Below, piece after piece: positions 8,919-16,750 of a stretch of 24,453 bases of DNA. Source of the DNA: Candidatus Micrarchaeaceae archaeon (GTDB lineage: Archaea; Micrarchaeota; Micrarchaeia; Micrarchaeales; CABMGC01); NCBI GenBank assembly GCA_038877255.1, contig JAVYWZ010000009.1, forward strand, positions 5,200 to 29,652. The letters are read 5' to 3'. The notes below the pieces were generated by a model. That model searched no databases. It was not told the DNA's origin and saw only the letters and a list, made by a program, of their open reading frames with translations. Every line of letters starts with the position of its first letter. Position 1 is the first letter of the stretch. The translations under genes and the position numbers were made by a program.

Positions 8919-8938
8919 ACGAGCGAGATCCTTGCTGA
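8447..8938 (+). CDS. Intron-encoded LAGLIDADG-like homing endonuclease homolog (degenerate); no stop inside the intron
   Basis: Motifs YFAGMQSKWEG and YIAGMLDGAG; the first in-frame stop (TGA 8936-8938) lies in exon 2. Confidence 0.8.
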   Translation: MKIRLDKEMCYFAGMQSKWEGEANSLGICTGNADIQQRFVELAIKKLGVSAEKIKLDGSCAYFYNSGIAKQIKKVIAKQLRLFGKQGENSASYIAGMLDGAGKITHKGIYMRLSSADALLLELLGVHTKDGYVLNASKLIMLTKPYSVLLSGIRLPGNERDPC

Positions 8939-9375
8939 CAGTTGCCACTTGCATAGAGGTATGTAAAGCACTCTGTCAGGACCGCCTCCGTTTAAGGAGG
9001 AGGAAGGAGAGGGCGACGGTACGTCAGGATGCCCCAAATCTCCAGGGCTACACGGGACATACAGAGGCTACCTCAATGGGCTGCAACCTCGAAAGAGGAA
9101 GCTAATCCCCTAAAAGTAGCCAAAGTTCGGATTGAGGGTTGAAACTCACCCTCATGAAGCTGAAATCCCTAGTAATCGCGCGTCACTATCACGCGGTGAA
9201 TGTGTCCCCGCTCCTTGCACACACCGCCTGGCAAGTCATCCAAGTGGGAGTTTAGTGAGGCTGTGCTTATAGCGCAGTCGAACTAGAGTTCTGTGAGGGG
9301 GGCTAAGCCATAACAAGGTATCTGTAGGGGAACCTGCGGATAGATCACCTCGTTAACGTGTGCAATAGGCAAGCG

Positions 9376-9406
9376 CGCAGTCTGGCGTTATTCCTCAAGA
9401 CTGAAT
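9376..9406 (+). other. 3' arm of the pre-16S processing stem (BHB)
   Basis: CGCAGTCTG-GCGT-TAT(bulge)-TCCTCAAGACTGAAT complementary to 7321-7351. Confidence 0.92.
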
Positions 9407-9418
9407 CGCCAAGGCGAT

Positions 9419-9790
9419 ATGGTGTTATTGGGCATCAGAAGGGTTTACGAAAAAAGGAGCCCTACTGATGGCAAACTAATCCTTGTTGATAGGCTTTGGC
9501 CTCGTGGTCTGAGAAAGAGCACTAACCAAGTAGATTTGTGGCTTAAAGACGTGGCACCGAGCAACGAGCTCAGGAAGTGGTTTGCGCACGACCCTTCAAA
9601 ATGGGAAGAATTCAAAAAAAGGTATTGGCAAGAGCTCAACAACAATGCAAAATTTAAGGAACTTGTAAAGAGTGTAAAAAACGAGGACGTGACATTGGTA
9701 TACGCAGCAAGAGACACAGAACACAACGATGCAGTAGCACTTGCAGAATTCATAAAGCAGGAACTTGAAAAAAGCGAAGAGCAGCAATGA
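9419..9790 (+). CDS. DUF488 (YeaO-like) protein
   Basis: RVYE, LVDRLWPRG, WLKDVAPS.ELRKWF.H, TLVYAARD.EHN.A motifs. Confidence 0.95.
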   Translation: MVLLGIRRVYEKRSPTDGKLILVDRLWPRGLRKSTNQVDLWLKDVAPSNELRKWFAHDPSKWEEFKKRYWQELNNNAKFKELVKSVKNEDVTLVYAARDTEHNDAVALAEFIKQELEKSEEQQ

Positions 9791-9919
9791 CTCTTTGCAA
9801 AATAAAAGTTAACAGGTGCACGTGGGTGGGCAGGTTAAAATAAGTATACGTGCACCGTTGGATATGTTTTATAGAGAAAAGTATATTAATTTATCGCAGT
9901 GTTCATTCGGAAGAAGAGG

Positions 9920-10483
9920 TCAGAGCTCTATTCTTTTTATCTCTAACTTTGCTATAGGCGCAGACCTGCCCATGTGAGTAATTGCTTCTTTTTGCATATC
10001 TCCGGAGAGCACGTTCTTCAGGAACGCATCTTGCGTGTAATTGCTGGCATAGCTCTGCAGAAACGCACTTATTTCCTTCCTTAGCTTACGCTTTTCAGAA
10101 TAAGCAACCTTTCCATGAGTAGTCGCAAAAAGCTTTGCCACCATTATGCTAGAATCCTTGAGCTTTAGCTTATCATACGTATAAAGCACGTCAGAATGCT
10201 TTCTTACAAGAGAGTGCAAATAGCTGAACTGATTTTCCAAATACGCGATCTGCGTATTAGCCACGTTATTATTTGCCTCACTGACCTTGAGACCTACTGT
10301 CATGAACGAGTGTGAAGCGTTGTGCGTAATCCAGGAAAGGCTTACTTTTAGCACGCGCCCTACTGCTGCTTCGCTAACATTTGCAGGTATGCTGCCTATA
10401 ACTTCACTGCCAAGTATTTCTGGAACCTTAACATCGAGCCACTGCTTCAACTTCCACTTTTCTGTTCCTTTTTGAGTTGCCAT
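9920..10483 (-). CDS. rps3ae: 30S ribosomal protein S3Ae (eS1)
   Basis: KWK.KQW....P, VGRV..VSL, YL.SLVR, C-terminal EIKRIE; follows rps15. Confidence 0.9.
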   Translation of the reverse strand: MATQKGTEKWKLKQWLDVKVPEILGSEVIGSIPANVSEAAVGRVLKVSLSWITHNASHSFMTVGLKVSEANNNVANTQIAYLENQFSYLHSLVRKHSDVLYTYDKLKLKDSSIMVAKLFATTHGKVAYSEKRKLRKEISAFLQSYASNYTQDAFLKNVLSGDMQKEAITHMGRSAPIAKLEIKRIEL

Positions 10484-10497
10484 TTACGCACCTGCGG

Positions 10498-10962
10498 TTA
10501 AGCGACTTTTATTATCAGCGCAGCTTGCTCTGGGTCGTAATGCCAATCCTTCGGCAGCTTGCCCTCCTGCTTATAGTACTTGCTCAGACGCCATATCTTT
10601 GACTCTACGCGCACAAGCCTGACCTTGTTGTGCATATCCTTGTGGTTGCGCAGTATGTGCGCACGCATGCGAACAGCTCTGCGCATAAGATCAAGCAAAT
10701 CTGCAGGAAGCTGACGCTGCATATTATTCTTAATCATGTATTCGTTAAGGCGCATCCCCAAAATGGGCCTTACATACTTAATGCCATGCTTGTCTTTGAG
10801 GAGTTGGCCTATATGCGCCGGTGAAAAGCCCTGCTTAAAGTAGTTGCTGATTAGTTCTTCTACTTCTTTTCTCTTAGTCTCGTCATACTCCTGTGCAATG
10901 GTGCTCATTTCAGGCTTTCTAGACTTTGCCTTGCCATGCCTTCGCGTATGCATCCTAGCCAT
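10498..10962 (-). CDS. rps15: 30S ribosomal protein S15 (uS15, S15P/S13e)
   Basis: MARMHTRRHGK, LPADL..LMRRA, H..KD.HNK..L...ESKI.RL.KYYK motifs. Confidence 0.98.
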   Translation of the reverse strand: MARMHTRRHGKAKSRKPEMSTIAQEYDETKRKEVEELISNYFKQGFSPAHIGQLLKDKHGIKYVRPILGMRLNEYMIKNNMQRQLPADLLDLMRRAVRMRAHILRNHKDMHNKVRLVRVESKIWRLSKYYKQEGKLPKDWHYDPEQAALIIKVA

Positions 10963-11010
10963 ATCTTCACTGACGTTAATTTTTACAAGTGGTAAATTAT
11001 ATTTAACTAG

Positions 11011-11024
11011 CTATAAATATCTTT
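11011..11024 (-). promoter_or_regulatory. BRE/TATA promoter of rps15-rps3ae
   Basis: AAAGATATTTATAG on the minus strand; identical 14-mer at 20933-20946, near copy before rfcS. Confidence 0.65.
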
Positions 11025-11028
11025 CTTT

Positions 11029-13410
11029 TTATCTGCCGTCAGCTGCTGTGTTGCTTAATGTTATTTTTATCTTGATATCTGTGCCTGGTATTTGCTCTGC
11101 GTTATCTCCTACGCCTGTTGAAATCATGCCTATGTTCATGGCGTCAGTTATATCTTTGAAAGCAGATTCACTTATTCCTATTAGCGAAACGCTTGCGATT
11201 GGTGCGTTAAGGGCAAGCTTGTTGTTGTGCTTCCACTGCCTTATAAACAAAATAGTGTCATATGCCTTTTTTCCTTCTTCAGCAAGTGAATCGACAACAC
11301 TTATTTTGCTCCCGTTTGGCCACTCAGAAACGTGTATCGACTTCTCGCCTGCTTGTTTGTAAAGCGACTGATAAACCTTCTCAGTAACGAATGGCATGAA
11401 TGGAGCAAAAAGTTTCAACAAGGCAATAAAAGCCGTGTTTATGGCATATTTAGCATCATTGTCGTTTGCATAAATGCGTTTCTTTACAAATTCAACGTAA
11501 TCGTTTGCGAACTTCCAGAAGAATTCCTCCACGGTATTGCGTGCTTTGAAATAGTCGTAAGCTTCGAAGTACTCAGTTGCTTTTGCAATTACAGTTTTAA
11601 GCTCTGAAAGAAAATATGCATCTAACGCTGATCTTGGGCTTGCTTCTTCATAGTCTGCGCAGGTCATGCTTATTAGCCTTGCAAGATTCCAAATTTTGTT
11701 TGAGAGTCTTGATCCTGCAATTACCTCTTTTTCCTGGAAGGAATTGTTTTCACCAAGTACCGAAGAGCTTGCCCAGTACCTAACAGCATCAGCACCGTAT
11801 TTGTTTATGTAAAACCACGGATCTACTACATTGCCATGCGATTTGTGCATAGGCTTGCCATGCTGATCCAGACCCTGGCCTGAAATCATAAGGTTTTCCC
11901 AAGGTATTGTGTTTGTGTGAAGCAATGACTTTACAATCGAAGTGAAATCCCAGAAAGAGATTATTTCATAAGCGTTTGCACGCATACTCATCGGGTATAT
12001 TTTGTCAATATACTTATTGTCAAGTCCCCATCTGGCGTTTATGAGCGGAGTAAGCGAAGAGGTTGCCCAAGTGTCCATTATATCGGTTTCAGGCACAAAC
12101 TCGTCTGAGCCGCATTCGCATTTCCCCTTTGGCTTGTCTGTGAATGGATTTACAGGTATATCTGCTTCATCAGCAAGCTTTACGCGGCCGCATGCCTTGC
12201 AATACCAAAGCGGAAAATACACCCCAAAGTAACGCTGCCTTGAGATACACCAGTCCCATTTTAATCCGTTAACCCAATTTTCATATCTTACACGCATATA
12301 CTCCGGGTACCATTTGATCTTTCTACCTTGTTCTATAAATTTGTCCTTAAGATCAAGATAAGCAACATACCACTGCTTCTTAATCAGGTATTCAATCTCT
12401 GTTCCGCAGCGTTCGTGCACATTGACAGAATGCTCAATGTCCTCTTCTTTAAGCACAAGCCCCTTCGCTTTAAGGTCCTCTATGATCTTCGTCCTTGCAT
12501 CTTTTATACTAAGCCCCTTGTACGGCTCAACCGTAAGCAGACCATGGTCATCGATAATCAGCCTGAGATCTAGGCCGTATGCTTTGTAAAGAGCTATGTC
12601 GTTTTGATCCCCAAACGTGCAGCACATCTCAGCGCCTGTACCGAAATCAGGCCTTATGCTATCGTCGGCGAATACCTTTACCTCATGTCCGGTAATTGGA
12701 ACTTTCACAGTAGTATTAACTATCTTTGCATATCGTTCATCTTTAGGATTAACAAATATGCCTACACATGCAGGTATGAGCTCTGGCCTAGTAGTTGCAA
12801 TTATTAGGTCATCACTAAATTTTACATATACAAGCTTGCTCTTCATGGGCTTATCTTCCAGCTCCATCTGCGAAACCACGGTTCTACACTTTGGGCAGTA
12901 GAGCACTGGCGATTCCTTCCTAACAATCCTACCTGATTTGTACAATTCTATAAAAGATTTTTGTGAAATCTTTTGCACTTCTTCGCTTATTGTTTGGTAA
13001 GTAAGCGACCAATCTATTGAAAGGCCTAGCCTTTTGAAAAGCGCGATATACGATTCATTGTAATATTGTATTTCTTTTTGCACGAGTTCTACAAATTTGT
13101 TCCTGCCAAGGTCCTCTGCTATTATGTTGAATTTCTTTTCTATGAGTAGTTCTGTTGGCAAGCCATTGTTGTCTAAACCGAACGGATAAAAAACATTAAA
13201 GCCGCGCATGCGCTTGTACCGTGCGATAAACTCTGCTTGCGAATAAGAAAAAACATGACCCATGTGCAAATCGCCAGAAACCGTAGGCGGCGGAGTGTCT
13301 ATTGAAAAGACAGGCTTATCGCTTGAATCATCAAACGCAAAGATGCGCTCGCGCTCCCAAAAATCCTGAATGGCGGGCTCTTCTATACTTGGGTTGTACT
13401 TGCTTTCCAT
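11029..13410 (-). CDS. valS: Valine--tRNA ligase
   Basis: IDTPPPTVSG, HIGH-like HMGH, ATTRPE, WDWCISRQR, MDTW, KMSKS-like PMHKS. Confidence 0.96.
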   Translation of the reverse strand: MESKYNPSIEEPAIQDFWERERIFAFDDSSDKPVFSIDTPPPTVSGDLHMGHVFSYSQAEFIARYKRMRGFNVFYPFGLDNNGLPTELLIEKKFNIIAEDLGRNKFVELVQKEIQYYNESYIALFKRLGLSIDWSLTYQTISEEVQKISQKSFIELYKSGRIVRKESPVLYCPKCRTVVSQMELEDKPMKSKLVYVKFSDDLIIATTRPELIPACVGIFVNPKDERYAKIVNTTVKVPITGHEVKVFADDSIRPDFGTGAEMCCTFGDQNDIALYKAYGLDLRLIIDDHGLLTVEPYKGLSIKDARTKIIEDLKAKGLVLKEEDIEHSVNVHERCGTEIEYLIKKQWYVAYLDLKDKFIEQGRKIKWYPEYMRVRYENWVNGLKWDWCISRQRYFGVYFPLWYCKACGRVKLADEADIPVNPFTDKPKGKCECGSDEFVPETDIMDTWATSSLTPLINARWGLDNKYIDKIYPMSMRANAYEIISFWDFTSIVKSLLHTNTIPWENLMISGQGLDQHGKPMHKSHGNVVDPWFYINKYGADAVRYWASSSVLGENNSFQEKEVIAGSRLSNKIWNLARLISMTCADYEEASPRSALDAYFLSELKTVIAKATEYFEAYDYFKARNTVEEFFWKFANDYVEFVKKRIYANDNDAKYAINTAFIALLKLFAPFMPFVTEKVYQSLYKQAGEKSIHVSEWPNGSKISVVDSLAEEGKKAYDTILFIRQWKHNNKLALNAPIASVSLIGISESAFKDITDAMNIGMISTGVGDNAEQIPGTDIKIKITLSNTAADGR

Positions 13411-13599
13411 GACTAATGTTTTATTGATAGACTTTTATAAATGGAATGTTTGCCTATAGGGAATTATGATACAAGTAACTCCTTTGCCAAGTGAAATCAA
13501 ACAGAAAGATTTAAATATCTATTTGTTAACTAATTCTATTGCTTTTTTTAGAAAACCTTTTAAAACTTTCTAATGCTTTACCGAGAAAAAAGCGATCAT

Positions 13600-14661
13600 A
13601 TGGCAACAAAAAAAGAAACAAAGAGCAGGAAAAAAGGCGCTCTAAGCGCAAAGCCGAGTGAGCCTGAGCCTGAGCCTGGCGTGCCTGAAGATATGCAGAC
13701 AGATGTAGAGCAGGTTACAATAAGCCACACACAAGAAGGCACAGTAATAAGGGAAAGGCCGAAAGTGTGCCCAAGCTGCGGCAGCACTGATATAATATAC
13801 GACGCTGAAAAGGGCGAATACGTATGCAACAACTGCGGGCTAGTGATTGAAGCCAATGTTGTTGATAACGGGCCTGAATGGCGCGCTTTTGATGCTGACC
13901 AGAGGAATGAGCGTGCAAGGACAGGCGCCCCGATAAAGTACATGAAGCCAAACAAAGGCCTTGTCACCGAAATCGATATGTACAATAAAGACATAAGAGG
14001 CGCAAAGCTGCCATCAAAGAGGCAGGCACAGCTTTACAGGATAAGGAAATGGCACAAGCGCGCAAGCATAGCAAGCTCCAGCGAGAGGAACTACCTTGTA
14101 GCATTGCCTGAATTAAGCAGGGTAGCTAGCTATCTCGGCTTGCCTGATAACATAAGAGAGAGCGCCGCATTGCTTTACAGGCAGTGCGTGAAGAACAATC
14201 TAATAAGAGGCAGGCCGATAGAAACAGTGGTCAATGCAGCGCTGTATACTGTCTGCAGGCAGACTGGCATGCCCAGAACGCTTGATGAGATAGCGCAAAT
14301 ATCAGGAGTGCCTAAGAAAGAGATAGGCAGAACCTACAGAATAATAGTGCACGAGCTCGATCTGAAAGTGCCACTCACAAACCCAGTAAGCTATGTTCCG
14401 AGATACGTAGCCGCGTTGAAACTTAGCGGCGAAGCGCAGGAAAAGGCAAACGAGCTCTTGAAGCGCGCTATGAAGAAGGGTCTTGTTAGTGGCAGAAGTC
14501 CTACCGGCGTGTGCGCTGCAGCAGTATACATAGCTAGCGCATTGGCTGGAGAGCGCAGAACCCAGAAAGAGGTGGCTGAGGTTGCAGGGGTAACTGAAGT
14601 CACAATAAGAAACAGGTACAGGGAGCTCAAGAAGGAGCTCAATATAGACGTAAACCTGTGA
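13600..14661 (+). CDS. tfb: Transcription initiation factor IIB (TFB)
   Basis: Zn ribbon CPSC..CNNCG, GPEWRAF B-reader, two cyclin repeats, TQKEVAEVAGVTEVTIRNRY; likely start MATKK at 13600. Confidence 0.98.
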   Translation: MATKKETKSRKKGALSAKPSEPEPEPGVPEDMQTDVEQVTISHTQEGTVIRERPKVCPSCGSTDIIYDAEKGEYVCNNCGLVIEANVVDNGPEWRAFDADQRNERARTGAPIKYMKPNKGLVTEIDMYNKDIRGAKLPSKRQAQLYRIRKWHKRASIASSSERNYLVALPELSRVASYLGLPDNIRESAALLYRQCVKNNLIRGRPIETVVNAALYTVCRQTGMPRTLDEIAQISGVPKKEIGRTYRIIVHELDLKVPLTNPVSYVPRYVAALKLSGEAQEKANELLKRAMKKGLVSGRSPTGVCAAAVYIASALAGERRTQKEVAEVAGVTEVTIRNRYRELKKELNIDVNL

Positions 14662-14666
14662 TCCGC

Positions 14667-15098
14667 ATGCCTTTTAAGCATGGGCCTTGCGTACTATTTT
14701 CTTTTGCACTCGCACTATTGCTGCTTGGCGCTGTGCAAGCACAAGGCCCTGTGCTTAACAGCACTGGCATGAGCAAAGCAAGTGCAAACTACACAATAGC
14801 AAAGGCAGAAGCATTCGTACAAAAAATAAACGAGAGCACATACCTTATTTTTTCGCCCAATCTAACTACCGCGTACAAATACCTTTCAGAAGCTAAAAAG
14901 TCGCTTAACAGTTCGCCATATATGGCAGGGCTATATGCAAACGAAGCTATTTCGTCGTCACAAACTGCGTATGAGAAACTGAATGCATACCGCTACGCTT
15001 CTGCAGCAGTAATGCTCGCAATAACAATAGCAATCGGCGCCATTCTCGTGCACATTATGAAAAAACCTAGATCAACGCATGCGCATGCGCATGCGTAA
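14667..15098 (+). CDS. Hypothetical exported protein with signal peptide and C-terminal TM anchor
   Basis: Hydrophobic N-terminus ending AVQA, several N-x-S/T sequons, C-terminal TM helix plus basic tail; start 14658 (GTG) or 14667 (ATG). Confidence 0.75.
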   Translation: MPFKHGPCVLFSFALALLLLGAVQAQGPVLNSTGMSKASANYTIAKAEAFVQKINESTYLIFSPNLTTAYKYLSEAKKSLNSSPYMAGLYANEAISSSQTAYEKLNAYRYASAAVMLAITIAIGAILVHIMKKPRSTHAHAHA

Positions 15099-15181
15099 TC
15101 ATTTCTACTCTTAGTACATAGTGCAACTTCTATATTGCAAGATTCTATCAAATATTAAATTTTGCGGTACTAATACAAAGC

Positions 15182-15598
15182 ATGGAAGATACAGATGAAG
15201 AAGCCAATAGGCTTGCATACCTGCAAGCTGCATATATGCAGCAGTACGAGCTTATTTCAAATGAAATAGAAACATATACTATTGCTCAGGAATCCTTGCT
15301 GCGCAATTTGGAACTCATAGAGCGTATCGGCAGCGTGGAGAATTCGAAGATCCTTTCCGGAAATGGCGGCATAATGTTCAATGCGACTACCGGCAAGCTG
15401 GATAGCGTATTGGTGTATGTTGGCGCAGGCTATGTTGTAGAGAAAAGCCTTGACGAAGCAAAGTCATTTTTGCAAAAGCTTTCGAGGGCTAATGAAGAAA
15501 ACATAAACAGGCTTTCCGCAGAGAAGAACAGGCTCGAAAAAATGCTAATTGAAGTTAGCCATAGCGCCGACGCTCTGCAAAATAGGCGTCAACAATAG
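15182..15598 (+). CDS. pfdA: Prefoldin alpha subunit
   Basis: Coiled coils flanking VLVYVGAGYVVEKSLDEA; directly upstream of ftsY. Confidence 0.92.
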   Translation: MEDTDEEANRLAYLQAAYMQQYELISNEIETYTIAQESLLRNLELIERIGSVENSKILSGNGGIMFNATTGKLDSVLVYVGAGYVVEKSLDEAKSFLQKLSRANEENINRLSAEKNRLEKMLIEVSHSADALQNRRQQ

Positions 15599-15618
15599 GC
15601 GGGTGCTCAGGTGCTTAT

Positions 15619-16665
15619 GTGTTTGAGAACTTGCGCAAGAAATTTTCAGATTTTGCTAATGGATTAGTTAAAAAAGAATTGCTTGAAGAGCGCGCAGAAG
15701 AACATGGATCTGAAACTTCAAAAGGCAACAAAGCGCAAGAAAAGCGGGCAGATATATCGCTAAGGACAAAAGTAGGAGGTGCAATATTTGGCAATGTCAA
15801 GCTTACAGAATCAGACATAGCACCTTTTGCAGAGGAGCTGAAAATGAGTCTTATAAAATCAGATGTAAACTATGATGTTGCTGAAAAGCTTTCCGATAGC
15901 ATCGAGAAACGCCTGATAAAAAAAGAAGTAAACGCAAAAGACGCAAAAAAAGCCATAAACGATGAAATAAGGAGCGTGGTGGCAGAGACTCTTGCAAAGA
16001 ATAAAGGAACAGATATTTTGGAAGGAATTAGGAACGCCAAGTCAGCAGGCAAAGTGCCATACGTAATTTTATTCCTAGGGCCAAACGGCGCAGGCAAGAC
16101 CACTACAATAGCAAAGCTTGCCGCAATGCTGACAAAGAATGGAGTAAGCTGCGCCATTGCAGCGGGAGACACGTTCAGGGCAGCAGCCATAGAACAGATA
16201 TCTATGCATGCAAACAAGCTTGGCGTAGAAGTGATCAAAGGCGCCTACGGGGCAGATCCTGCAAGCGTGGCCTTCGACGCAATAGCACATGCAAAGTCAC
16301 GAAGCATTGATTGCGTACTTATAGACACGGCAGGCAGACAAGAGACCAATAAGAGCCTGATAGAAGAACTCAGAAAAATAGCAAGAGTAAGCAAACCAGA
16401 CCTTGTTATATTTGTAGGAGAGAGCGTTGCAGGCAACGCGCTTCTTGATCAAGTAAAAGAATTCGGTCAAGCAGTAAAGCTGGACGGCATAATACTTACC
16501 AAGCTTGACTGCGATGCCAAAGGTGGCAATACGCTGTCGATACTTAGCGAAACAGCTGTTCCTGTGCTTTATTTAGGCACAGGAGAAGCCTACTCTGAGC
16601 TAGTACGGTATAGCCCAGAGATTATTTTGTCAAATATATTACCTGAAAATAAAGAGCCCACATAA
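15619..16665 (+). CDS. ftsY: Signal recognition particle receptor FtsY
   Basis: GPNGAGKTTT, DTFRAAA, DTAGR, TKLD..AKGG. Confidence 0.97.
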   Translation: MFENLRKKFSDFANGLVKKELLEERAEEHGSETSKGNKAQEKRADISLRTKVGGAIFGNVKLTESDIAPFAEELKMSLIKSDVNYDVAEKLSDSIEKRLIKKEVNAKDAKKAINDEIRSVVAETLAKNKGTDILEGIRNAKSAGKVPYVILFLGPNGAGKTTTIAKLAAMLTKNGVSCAIAAGDTFRAAAIEQISMHANKLGVEVIKGAYGADPASVAFDAIAHAKSRSIDCVLIDTAGRQETNKSLIEELRKIARVSKPDLVIFVGESVAGNALLDQVKEFGQAVKLDGIILTKLDCDAKGGNTLSILSETAVPVLYLGTGEAYSELVRYSPEIILSNILPENKEPT

Positions 16666-16693
16666 AGCAGCATTTCGCAAAGGTATTTATAGA

Positions 16694-16745
16694 ACATATT
16701 AAAATTAGTAATTTGACTGACATATTAAAATTAGTAATTTGACTG
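16694..16745. repeat. Perfect 26-bp tandem duplication
   Basis: ACATATTAAAATTAGTAATTTGACTG at 16694-16719 and 16720-16745. Confidence 0.95.
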
Positions 16746-16750
16746 ATTAA

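Larger units (their letters stand above)
7378..9351 (+). rRNA. rrs: 16S rRNA gene (exon 1 about 7378-8429, exon 2 8919 to about 9351; about 1485 nt mature), not linked to 23S
   Basis: Conserved blocks GGATTAGATACCC, AAACTTAAAG.AATTGGCGG, GCACACACCGCC, TAACAAGGTA and anti-SD GATCACCTC. Confidence 0.99.

Noticed and set aside
9352..9418. tRNA-Ala or 23S start after the 16S
   Set aside because: The region is fully explained by the processing stem and is followed directly by a protein gene.
16694..16745. Possible CRISPR repeat
   Set aside because: Two adjacent copies with no spacer, and no cas genes in the window.
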